Positions 1-11,760 of a stretch of 64,000 bases of DNA are shown here, in pieces. The translations under genes were made by a program, and so were the position numbers. Every line of letters starts with the position of its first letter. Position 1 is the stretch's first letter. A model generated the notes under the pieces. It did no database searches and was not told the origin of the DNA. It worked only from the letters and a program-made list of their open reading frames with translations. Origin of the DNA: Mobula hypostoma (Eukaryota); the NCBI RefSeq assembly GCF_963921235.1, contig NC_086097.1, positions 68,388,001-68,452,000 of the forward strand, in the 5' to 3' direction.

Positions 1-190
1 TGCATCATTGGTCTTGAATGCCACAGATCTAGCCCTCAGCAGTCTATGTATTCCCTGATTCATCCACTTCTTCCGATTTGGGTATGTATGTCCTATATGT
101 TCTCGAAGGCACACACTCATCCACACAGGTTCTGCTGAAGTCGGCGACAACTGTGGTGTGTTCATTCAGTAGAAGATGAATCCCTGACTG
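1..190 (-). mobile_element. Rex1/Babar LINE ORF fragment (runs off the window edge)
   Basis: Reverse strand reads, with frameshifts, LNEHTTVVADFSRTCVDECVPSRTYRTY..PNRKKWMNQGIHRLLRARSVAFKT, like the Rex1 endonuclease-RT linker. Confidence 0.65.
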
Positions 191-1024
191 TTGCACACCA
201 TGGAAATATTATCCATGTCAAAAGCAGGTGATTGCATATTTCCATTACAGAATGAGCAGAGGATAATTAATATCTTGCTTCTGCCTTGGCAAGTCAGAAT
301 GGTGCCATCCAAATGCAGCTGTAAAAGGAAGAAGTCGTCACTATTCTGTTAGTGAAGCCTTTAAAGTTGTGAAAGTCTCCAGAAATTTATCCTCCAAAAG
401 AATAGAAGAGCTTCTGATTCCCCAGTCTGGCAGAATGTCAGTGGGCCTGTGAGATTCAGGATGACAGCATTTTCACTTCCACTAGTTGCCCATCAGCAAC
501 CCAGACTATTACTGTTCATGAAGAGAAGATGAATCCTAATTCAGGGCCTTTAAATCTAGAGCAGAATGTACTGTTTTTCATAGTCACCTGCTGCATCGGC
601 CACTTCAAGGAAATAACCATTTACCAGCTTGTTTACAGCCATATCTGTGTAGAAATATCGTGAGGCTATGAAAAAAAAATTAAAATGAAGCAAAAAGAAT
701 GCACAAGAATGATTAGTTGTTGACTAAACTGCCACGGTAAGGATGCTTTGTTTGAAACACTGGGTTGATGAGTTGTTTAGTTCAAGCTCTTATGATTTAT
801 GCAGGAAATACATGAGATAGCAACCTATCAGAGAAGGTAATAAGAGTCCTGAGTCAATGTCTAGATCATCATTTAACTTTATTCATTAATGACACAGAGT
901 TTTAACCTTATAAAGTGATTTACCTTTTATCATTATGCCTTCATTTTTCACTATCATCTCTGAAATTCCATTCATGAAGCAGCATTCCATCTCGCTATGA
1001 TGCAGAATTTTTTTTACAAGATAT

Positions 1025-2255
1025 AGAGACACAAGACTACAGATGTTGGAGCCCCCCTCTAACCAGTCCCCCTCCTACAATCACTTTCCTTCTGTCAGCA
1101 AACTCTTCCACCTGGAAGAACATGTGCTTACTCTTAACAACTTCCCTTTTGACTCCTTTCACTTTCTCCTTATCAACTGTGAAGCCATTTGCATGTGCAT
1201 GGGTCCAGATATACCAGCTACCTGAAGCAATTTCTATCCCAAGTCTGCTCGGGCACCACTCCCCAAATCATTCTCCAGTACATTGATGACTGCATCGGTG
1301 GTGTCTTCTGCACCAGAGGGAAACTTACAAATTTCACTAATTTTGTTACCAACTTCTACCTTACCCTCTAATTCACTTGGTCCATTTCTGACATCTCTCT
1401 TCCCTTTTTTCATCGCACTGTCTCCATCTCAGGAAACACATTATCCACTGACTCCCACAGATACCTAAACTAAACCTCCTTTCACTCTGTCATTCATTGG
1501 ATGTCAATCCTTTTCTCAGTTCCTCTACAGTATTTCTGTCACATCTGTTCTCCGAATGTGGCCCTCCATTCCAGGATATCTGAGATGTTCCCCTTTTACA
1601 AAAAATATATTCCTCCTGCTATTACTGATGTACCACTCACTGGCATCTCCATTTCCTTCACTTCTGTTCTTACCCCATATCCACTCCCTTCTCCACCCCA
1701 GATAGAACAGGGATAAAGCTCCCTAAGTTCTCACCCATCATCTCGCCATCTTACACATCCAAAACACGTCATTCTCAGCAGCTTCTGCCAACCACATCAT
1801 CCCCTCCTTACTTCTCTCTGCGTTTCAAAGGGACCACTCTCTCTGTGATTCCCCGGTGTGCACATACCTCCCCACCCATCCTTCTCTTCCCCTCCCTGGG
1901 CACTTTCCCTTGTGACCGTAGCAGGTATAACTGATGTCCATACACCTCCTTCTTCACCATCATCTAGAGCCCTAGAAAAGCCCCTCCAATGGGGTAGACA
2001 TTTACATGCACATCCATCAGTCTTGTTTATTGCTTTCAGTGCTCAAAACTCAACCTCCTCTAAATCAGTGGCAAGTGGCCACTTTGTTGCGCACTTGGGC
2101 TCTGCCCATCGTGGCTTCTATTTGTTAGCTATTCTAATTCTCCTCTCCATTCCCACACTAATAACCCCATCCTCAGCCTCCTCCACTGCAAGCATGCACA
2201 AGCCTGCACTAAATGCAGACTACAAGAACAACACCTCATAGTCTGCCTAAGTAGC
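1025..2255 (+). mobile_element. Decayed Penelope-like retroelement (RT to GIY-YIG region)
   Basis: ORF 1189-1371 has QYIDDCIG (RT YxDD) then NFVTNFY; downstream resembles the better copy at 33939-35128; short inverted terminal piece (aagactacagatgttgga) at the 5' end. Confidence 0.8.
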
Positions 2256-2264
2256 CTACGGGTA

Positions 2265-2490
2265 ATAGAAACATAAAAACATAGAAAACCTACAGCACAA
2301 TACAGGCCCTTTGGCCCACGAAGCTGTGTCGAATATGTCCTTACCTGAGAAATTATCTAGGGTTACCCATGGCCAACCATTTTTCTGAGCTCCATATACC
2401 TGTCCAGGAGTCTCTTCAAAGACCCTATCATATCCGCCTCCACCACCGTCGCCGGCAGCCCATTCCAAGCACTCACCACTCTCTGCACCT
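2265..2490 (-). mobile_element. CR1-type LINE 3' end
   Basis: Reverse complement of the tail at 22680-22783, including the (tttctatg)-like terminal microsatellite. Confidence 0.8.
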
Positions 2491-4829
2491 CTGCACCCTT
2501 TCTATAGTTTCCATATCCTTCCTATAGTGAGGCAACCACTATAATGAAGTAATGAAGTTCCTATGTGTGATTTGTTTGGTAATCTCATTCCTTTGTGAAT
2601 TTGTTTGACAGGTAAATGGTGAAAATGGTAATATATTATCTAGATTATACCTCCATTGTCAAATTGTATTATAGATAACCTCTTACAACCTCTGTTACTT
2701 TCTCCTTAGAATTGGTCACGAGCAGATAGAAAGCAAAACCATGCACCTTTCTACCATACTGTTGTATATCTAATACTATCTTTCAGATACAAATTCAGAA
2801 GAACACCAGACTTGTGGTCTTAACTTCTGTGATGAAACTTGTCAGAATAGTTCAAACTCCCATAATTCAAGAAAAGTTTAAACTACATGTTGTTTCAGTA
2901 GCTGGTCTGATTTGGCATTTTCAATAAGTATTTCTTGTGTTGAGAAGCATCATTAAGACCGTTGGATACTGGTTATTTACCAGATACGGTGATTTTTTTT
3001 AGTTTTTACTTGGACAATGTTCTGTAAGGACTAACAACTGATTTATGAAAATTTTGATTGCAGTTTGTATGTTTGCAGTTTAAACTTTTTGTATTTTAGC
3101 AGTTCAGATTGGTTAATATTGATGACTGCTTGTGATAATTGTTCAGAACAATTGATGGCAAGCTGGCACAGAATAATGAGTTCTTCCTTTTTAGGATACT
3201 TGTGCGATAAGATGCAAAAGACATTATAATTTCTTTCTTTAGGCACCTTGACTTCTCAGGCAAGGAAATATTTAACTCTGGCTAGATTCAAGAGGTTGTA
3301 GCAGTGCAGCAATTTTAATTATGCTTGACATTGCACCACGGATTCTGTGTGTCAGGTAGTTTGTCATTGTTGTGAGATGTTGCTGCGATTGTGTTGCCCT
3401 CTCTGATGGATCACTGGTTACCCAGACCTTTTTGAAGTTGCAGGACTTCAGTAATGGTTTTTCTTTCTTTTTACAAGCATGGTATGAGAGGTGATAAATT
3501 ATTTTGGGAGGTGGGTGTTAGAAATGAATATTGCCAAATGAATAATGATATAATATTTGGAAATTACATGCTCTGTTAATCACTGAAAGTTCAAGTGGTG
3601 CTGCATTCTGCTTCTGACTTGAGATTTCGGACAACAATTTGCTGCTGCCATTGGTTAATCCAGTTACAATACTGAATAAATTTTCCCAGATTTGAGAAAA
3701 TTTAATTTCACTCTTCACCATAGGATAAAAAGTTATAACCCCCCCAGCCTAAGAGTTTTTTATTTACTAATTCAAATCAAATCCTAGTACTCAATCAAAG
3801 GAACGTTATGAAATAAAACATATACTCTAAATTAGATATGCAATCTCTGTTACTCAGTGAAATGCAGATTTCTGTTTAGCATTATTATTTCAGTGAAAGG
3901 TATTACTTGTCTATTTGCAAATTAACTTTGAGAACATGTACAAACCTCTTTAAATAATCAGTTTCTTGAATGATATACTAACTCAATTTTCCATGTGAAG
4001 GAAGCTATGCCACAGAATTAAATGTTAAACACAGAATGATGGAAAATAAATAAGTTTTCTTTTACAGTAAACTAGTGTAATGGATGTAAGGCGTCATATA
4101 AATTGTTTCAAGACTGGGTATATACTCCCCAAAGCTTTAAGAATGTGAGAAAGAAAACTACAGAGCATGAAGCATTTTACAGTAGATCATATACCGGCAA
4201 ACACCACATGCAAACTTCATCACCATTTAGTTACATATGCAAATGGATCATTAGAGAAAATGTTAAATTGATTAAGTTAAAATATTGTTTCACCAATAGG
4301 GGGAAGTAAATGTAGCAAAGATAGGAAAGCAAGCCCAAATGGATTTTACATCAACCTGATTTGACTCACAGATCTGTAGTTTAACACCCCAATGATGATA
4401 GTCTAGAAATCATTCTAAATGTAGATGAAATGTTGCACAATTATGTACAAGATAGCTGCACTAATTTTGTTTGAAGGCATGTGGGATATTATAATGTACT
4501 TCACCTGCAGTGTGTCATGTGCATTAGATTGTGAACTCTGAAATTGCACAGAAAGTGCTGTAATCTCAAAGTTGCACATGAAGAGCTAACCCATCCTGTT
4601 CAATCTCCCAAAATAAATGCGCTCTCAAAGTGATCTTCAAGTAATGGAATCACTTTGCAACAGATTTGATTTTGAATTGTAGCTAAGTGAAGGAGATCGG
4701 CGCCATAAACCTCCTAGGGATGTTAGAACATCATGCCATTAAGATGTATGACTGATGCATGGGCTACCTTTGTTAAGACAATCAGAAAAGTTTGCAAATG
4801 CTACCTTCCCCCGGACTCCAAAGCAGCTT

Positions 4830-5055
4830 CTAAACTGCAGTCTGTGTTGGAATATGCTGCCAGGGGAGGTAGCAGAAGCAGATGCAAAAGCAACATTTAA
4901 GACACATTTAGGTTTAAACGTAAATAGGAAGGGAATTGAAGTATATACCATGTACAGGCAGATGGGGTTAGTTTACATTGGCATCATGGTCAGCGATCAG
5001 TGCAGATATCGTGAGCCAAAGGGGCTGTCCCTGTACTTGATGTTCTATGTTCTCT
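4830..5055 (+). mobile_element. CR1-type LINE 3' fragment
   Basis: WNMLPGEVAEADAKATFKTHLG (CR1 ORF2 C-terminus) followed by a tgttctatgttct tail. Confidence 0.7.
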
Positions 5056-5169
5056 CTGGTAACTATCATTACTGGAGTCCAGCAGCAGGGTCTTCAGATT
5101 TTCAGATTTGTATTTTGATCATTCCTTTACAAATAATAAGCTGAAACTCATGATCATAAAATGGCAAAC

Positions 5170-5265
5170 CTTGAAGAGTCTCATCCTGAAAGGTTGCCTG
5201 TTTATTCCTCTCCACAGATGCTGTCTCACCTGCAGAGTTCCTCCAGCATTTTGTGTGTGTTCTTC
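5170..5265 (+). mobile_element. Penelope terminal fragment with decayed hammerhead motif
   Basis: tgaagagtctcatcctgaaagg...cagatgctg...ctccagcattttgtgtgtgtt parallels 48470-48567. Confidence 0.6.
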
Positions 5266-5947
5266 TAGTTGCTTCCTTTTTTGAATAATCTTCAACTATT
5301 ACAAAGCACACTAGCATAATCTTTCAGGTATAGTTTTGGACATGTTGTGTCAGATCTGCTCAATAGAAAGGGTAGTCACGGACAATAAAAATTAGTTCTA
5401 AGACATCGCTGAAATTGCCTGCGAATTTCTACTTCTGTTTATATGATAGAGCTATGCAGTTGGTTTTTCATAATCAAAATTCCCTGGACAACAAAATTTA
5501 GCTCTGCAGTACTGCCTTAGCCCTGTGCGCAGATTTGAGTAAAGGGGCAGAGATAATTCATGAAGAACAACATAATTTGCTGTTTAATGTGTTGTTCTGC
5601 TCAAAAGAATGGAGAACAGAATGGAAGAAAAGTAGGTCAATCTGGAATTCGCTGAGGAATCTAGCATTAAGCTGCACCTTTGCTACTACTGAAGATCAAA
5701 AAGTCCTGGATCGTAGGATTGTAGGTGAAGTCTCATTTTGTTGTCCAGTTGCAATCAACAATTCCCTGTGGTTTGTAAAGTCAGTCCTCCCTTATTACTG
5801 ATGAGAGAAATTAATACTGCATGGTATTAATAATAATTCCTTTGACACAGTTGGTGACAGCAAACATAATAGATACGTACTATATCAGAGAAAATGCTGG
5901 GGACCAATATCATTTAAGTAACAGGTAAAACATCTAAATAGAATTGA

Positions 5948-6878
5948 CCATAAGAGCATTAGTCATAGGAGCAGAAATAAGCCATTCGACCCATTGAATC
6001 TGCCCCACCATCTCATCATGGCTGAACCATTTCCCTCTCAACCTTATTCTCCCATCTTTTCCCCATAAACTTTCATTCCCCGACCAACCAAAAACTTGAC
6101 AACCTCTGCGTTAAATGCACCCAGTGATTGGGCCTCCACAGCAGCCTGTGGCAAAGAATTCCACAGATTTACCACCCTCTGGCTAAAGAAATTCCTCCTC
6201 ATCTCTGTTCTAAATGGACCTTCTGCTATTTTAAGGCTGTGCCCTCTAGTCCTAGACTCTGCCATCAAAGGAAACATCCTATTCACATCCACAATATCGA
6301 GGCCAAACAACATTTGATGGGTTTCAATGAGATATCACCCTCATTCTTCTAAATTTCAGCAAGTACACACCCAGAACTTCAATCTTTTCTCATATGATAA
6401 CCCTTTCATTCCCAGAATCATCCTCTTGAAGCTCCTCTGAACCCTCTCCAACGTCAACACATCCTTTCTTAAATAACGGGCTCAAAACTGCTCACAATAC
6501 TCTGAGTGGGGCCTCACCAGTGCCTTATACAGCCTCAGCATCACATCCTTGCTTTTATACTCTCATCCTCTTGAAACGCATTCATCTTCCACACCACTGA
6601 CTCAGCACGCCAATTAACCGTTAGGGAAACCTGCACAAGGACTCCCAAATCCCTTTGCACCTCGTATTTTTGAATTTTCGCCCTGTTTAGAAAATATTCT
6701 ATGCCTTTATTCCTTCTACTAATGTTCATGACCATACATTGTATTCCAATTGCTATCTCTTTGCTTATCTCCTAAGTCCTTCTGCAGCCTCTCTGCTTCC
6801 TCAGTACTACCTGCCCCTCCACCTATCTTCGAATTGACTGCAAACTTGGCCACAAAGCCATTAATTTTATCGTCCAAA
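5948..6878 (-). mobile_element. 5'-truncated CR1-type LINE
   Basis: ORF 6044-6313 TRGHSLKI...FRTEMRRNFFSQRVVNLWNSLP; RDLGVLV motif in ORF 6541-6735. Confidence 0.9.
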
Positions 6879-7600
6879 AGGGAGCTGGATATGGGGTAAG
6901 AACAGAAGTGAAGGAAATGGAGATGCCAGTGAGGGGTACATCAGTAATAGCAGGAGGATTATATTTTTTGTAAAAGGAGGACATCTCAGATATCCTGGAA
7001 TGAAGGGCCACATTCCGAGAACACACATGGAAGAGATACTGTAGAGGAACTGAAGAAAAGGAATGACATCCAATGAATGACAGTGTGAAAGGAGGTTTAG
7101 TTTAGGTAGCTGTGGGAGTCAGTGGATAATGTGTCTCCTGAGATGAAAAAAGGGAAGGGAGATGTCAGAAATGGACCAAATGAATTGGAGGATAAGGTAG
7201 AAATTGGTAACAAAATTGATGAAATTTGTAAGTTCCCCACTGGTGCAGAAGACACCACCGATGCAGTCATCAATGTACTGGAGAAGGATTTGGGAGTGGT
7301 GTCTGAGCAGACTTGGGATAGAAACTGCTTCAGGTAGCTGGTATATCTGGACCCATGCACATGCAAATGGCTTCACAGTTGATAAGGAGAAAGTGAGAGG
7401 AGTCAAAAGGGGGGTTGTTAGGTAAGCACACATTCTTCCAGGAAGAAGAGGGTACTGGCAGAGAGAAAGTAGTTATCGGGGGACTACTTATAGAGTGCCT
7501 CCAGCATCTATAGTCTTTTGTCTCTATTCCTCCATAAAGAATTAATTTCTTGTTAAAATTCTGCATCATAGTGATATGGAATACTGCTTATTAAATTTCA
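6878..7600 (-). repeat. Inverted duplicate of 961-1690 (Penelope fragment plus flanking DNA)
   Basis: Colinear reverse-complement match; identical decayed translations (MHVHGSRYTSYLKQFLSQVCS; FLLINCEAICMCMGPDIPAT) in both copies. Confidence 0.9.
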
Positions 7601-8139
7601 AAGGATTTATTTAAACAAGACTCTCAGGAGAAGCTCAGACTTTCTGGTTAAATTCTCAAATAAACATATAGTTTTACTGACACACTGAAGAAATCTGATT
7701 TCTTTAGATTATGAATCTGAGCAATATATCAATCAGCATTTTACGATCTTGTCATAGAAAAGTGTTTCAGGCTACCTTAATTTTGGAAGAATCATTCTGG
7801 ATTGATTTTAAAAAAGAAATAAATTATTTTTCTGTAGACGAGAGATGTAACTCTACATCTGTAATAGAGTTCTGGAAGTTCAATAGTTCAATTGTCCTAT
7901 TTAATATCAGAGAATGTATACAATATACAATCTGAAATTCTCACTCTCTGCAGAGACCCCCAAAACAGAAAAAAAACACCCAAAGATTGAATGACAGAAA
8001 AAAAAATCATAAGAACGCCAAAGTGATACAAAGCAAGATATTGCTAAATGCAAGTCCAAAAGAATCTTGGGTTTTCAGAAAATTCACTACATCAGAGCTG
8101 AACAAAATGGTAATAGAACAATTATGCTGCTGAGAGTAT

Positions 8140-8460
8140 CATACAGTACCATTACTGGGGGAGAACTGAATTGTCAAAGTTGTCAGCTTTTGAATGTGAC
8201 ACTAAATCAAAATCTTGCCTGTTCTCTCAAGTGAACTTGGAAGATTACTAACACTATTTTGACGATGAGCAAAAGATTAATGTCAGTGTACTGGCCAATA
8301 TCTATTCCTCAATCAAGATAACTAAAAGAAATAATGTTGTTATGGAAACTTATTATACACATATTGGCTGTCATATTACCTGCATCAGACAAATTACACC
8401 TCAGAAGTATTGACTGTAAGATGTGCTGGGATTTACTTTGGTTTCATACTAAAATAAACC
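8140..8460 (+). mobile_element. Old DeuSINE (SacSINE1/AmnSINE1-like) remnant
   Basis: Motifs ctggccaatatctattcctcaatc, attggctg, cagaagtattgactgtaag in the order of the recalled Deu-domain consensus. Confidence 0.6.
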
Positions 8461-9080
8461 TTTCTTTTTCATTCATATGGATTTGTGATTCTTGAGGACA
8501 TTAATTCATCTGAAAAGGTTACATAACTGACTATAATTTATGAAAACTACATGGATAGAAGTAGATATTAGATAACTGTGAGGAGGACTCTGAACATAGG
8601 TTAAGCTGTGTAAATTGAAAAGGTACTGATGTTAGACAGACGGAGAAAAATGCAGATTAGCATCCATTGTTGAAATATTACTCATCAATAAGATCCTAGT
8701 TCAATCTTGGTATGAAGCAACATAGCAGTAAGATCGGATTGTCATACTCTGAAACTGCTGGCATTTACTCAAATAAGTATCAGCAAGTTTGAGACTACTG
8801 CTCAAACATACGAACCCAAACTCTATGGAACTGCTCCAGCAATTTCCTGTCTATGCTCCATTACTCATCTGCATGTGAAATCCAATGGTAAAGAAAGAGA
8901 GATCGCTGATCTGTTTAGAGCTGGCGCTGGATCTGATAGCACATTCATTTCAATGTGATTGTTGGGCTATGAGAAAAGGCACTGTGGGGAAGAATAATGT
9001 TACTGTTTTAAATTAATTTGTATTTGCTTTAATGTTTTTAATTATTTAGAAGCATCTTAATTTTCTAAATGCCTTTTATT

Positions 9081-9850
9081 CAGGAACACTGAAAAACCCA
9101 GGCGGTTTTGACAGTGGAGGAAGTGGACAACTGGACTGAGCGGCCTTCAAAGGTTCCTGGAAGAGATTTAAGAGTGGAGCTTATTCTGGCCCTCTCACAT
9201 TGCTCGAGGCAATGCCGACGCTCAAGGCCAGACAGCTTGCCCCAAACATCACACAGGCCTGCAAGATCAATCTTATTATACTGGAGCAGGTAACTTAGGG
9301 GGGGCAACTGGTCATTGCTTCCTATATCAATGTTACATTTTTCTTTTTATTACACTGCATCATAGCCAATTATACTGCGGCCTTTTAAAAAGGTTTTCAA
9401 AGATTCAAGATATTTTAATGTCATTTCCAGTGCACAAGTGTATAAAATAATCGTAAAGAAGAGCAAAATAGAGTAGTGATAGCTAAGAGACAATGTTCAT
9501 TCTACTCTGGAATAGAAGTTCTCAAATACTGCTCATGAAGGACCACAACAGAAAGAAAGAAGCAAATCTTTAAGATAGATTAAAGTGAAGATCTAATAAC
9601 TTTAACTTAGCCAAGATCAATCATCCCTATGACCCCAAAAGTTACCTGCTCCAAATTCATAAGATTGATCATGCGGGCCGATGTGGTGCTTGAGGCTAAT
9701 CATCAGGCAATGAGTGTCAGCACAGCCTCAAGCACTGTGAGTGGGCAGGAATAAGCTCGGCCTTAAATCTTTCCCTTTGATGGCTGCTAAACTCCTTTTC
9801 TCAACCTTCCCCATTGTCAATATTGTCTTGAGTTTTTTTCAGGGTATCCG
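9081..9850. repeat. Old inverted repeat: arms 9081-9305 and 9631-9850, spacer ~325 bp
   Basis: gatcaatcttattatactggagcaggtaactt pairs with aagttacctgctccaaattcataagattgatc; agatttaagagtggagcttattc pairs with gaataagctcggccttaaatct; weaker similarity reaches the outer ends. Confidence 0.8.
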
Positions 9851-11300
9851 AAAAACTCATCTGTTGTTACATTTGTGACCTTGCTACTCAGAAGCTGTTG
9901 CTGAGAGTATCAATGTGATGAAAATGGACTCTGTTCAACTTAGACATCTTGGAATTGTTGAAGAAAAATTATTTTGATATGCAGGATGACAAAGCTATGG
10001 ATCCACATGGAGAATAAATAATAATAAAGTTTCATCTCATGGTAACATGTACTTCGACAAAGCACAGGTATCCTAGGCTTTCCTGACATTATCTCAACAT
10101 TATCGTTTTGAAAACATAACAATAAGAAATTAAGTCTAAGGAACTTAATTCATGTGTATTTATAAAACCCTAAGATAGCATGGTCTAAATGTAAACCATA
10201 TTTTCCATAACCTCACTCTGCCAATTAAATTTGATTGGTTAGCTACTTTATTGAACCAGCCTTTTTCATGTCATTTTAATTTATTGTCAGCAAGCCTGCA
10301 TATTGGAAACTAAATTATTTACTACAGCCTATAAGCCAATAATGTTTCATTTGTCTCATATAGAGAAAGACTAGCCTAACAAGATTATTAAGGACATTAC
10401 TTGTGATAGTGAATGTCCTTCACATTATTTGAGCTTCATGCTGCGCTTTCACAAAAGACTTCAAACAAGATGTTTTGCACTCAGCCATCTGAACAGTGAT
10501 CTGAGTGATTTCTTACTTGCCTTTGTACTGGTCGTGATTATGCAGGCAGTGAACTGAAAAGGTTGGCAGACAAAAGCATGTCTAGAGACCCAAGTCATTC
10601 TGTTGGATCCTGAAAAAAGAGCTCATCACCGCAGTACGTTATTGAGCTGTACATAATTTCACAGCCTCAATATCCATATTTTACTGAAATAGCATTCAAA
10701 GCAAGACATCCAGATGTTGTCCTGAAAAATACTATATCACACAGATAATATACATAACTTAGAAAATATACCAATACTCCATAAGAAGTTGGATAGAAAA
10801 AGTAGTGGGAAATCTCTAATTAAAATACAGGCTAACAAAACATTATTAACTTAATATATTCCAATTTAAGATTTACCTCTGGGCAGATTGTTTGGTGTTC
10901 ACATTTAATGTTAGTTCCGAGAAATGCAGTTTCCATTTTGAATGTAATCCAGTGATATTATTGCAATAATCTCAGTTATATCATAAAAATCTGAGGAGCA
11001 ATGGTCCTTGTGACCAATTTGGCTCCAAGCAGCTACATAACCAATGACCCTGTAATTATCGAATTGTTGAAAGAAACACTTTGGTGGGCCCAAAACTTAC
11101 TGGTCTTCCAATGCAAGGAGATGCCCATAAGGGAATGCTGCTGACTGCCACATTCCAAGTTGCAGGCGTACATGTCTTCCACAATTCAGGTGTAGACTTA
11201 AGTAAGAGGCATCTTAGAACTAATTCTTAGTATTCATAACTATTCATCCCAATAAGTAGATCTGTCACAACATATCCTAAAATCTCTTCTCCAAGGGTTG

Positions 11301-11760
11301 TCACCTTGTGGTGGGGACACATGTGAGCTGAGATCCTGCGAGTGATGCTGCCTCGAGCTTAGCTATCTGATGCTTAGTTTTCTGTAAGGTCAACCGTGGC
11401 AGTAAGGTCAAGGAGGAGGATCCAGACAAAGAGCGATCTAACCAAGATTTCAACAACAGAGCTGGCAGAAAATGATGGTATGTCACAATGGCAGTGAAGG
11501 TGGAAGAAGCCTGCAGCAGGGAAGGGTGTCTGTGCATCAGCCTCCCCATATTAAACAGTCATGAACAGGCATTCTCCTTTAAAGGAATCCAACCTAACGT
11601 CCCAGATTAAGTACCGTAGTGATGAGCAAGTGGTGAAGTGAGCAGGACTGTAAGATTTGCAAGCCTACACTGCACTAGAATATGTGGATGCTGGATCGGT
11701 CTCTATAGCCACCTGAAGCCCACCAATAGACAAAGCCTTAGGAGAACATCACACTCAATT
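11301..11760 (+). mobile_element. RTE-clade (Expander/Rex3-like) 5' UTR remnant
   Basis: caccttgtggtggg...gatcctgcgag...gtggcagtaaggtcaaggaggaggatccagacaaagagcg resembles recalled 5' ends of fish RTE elements; right boundary uncertain. Confidence 0.5.
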
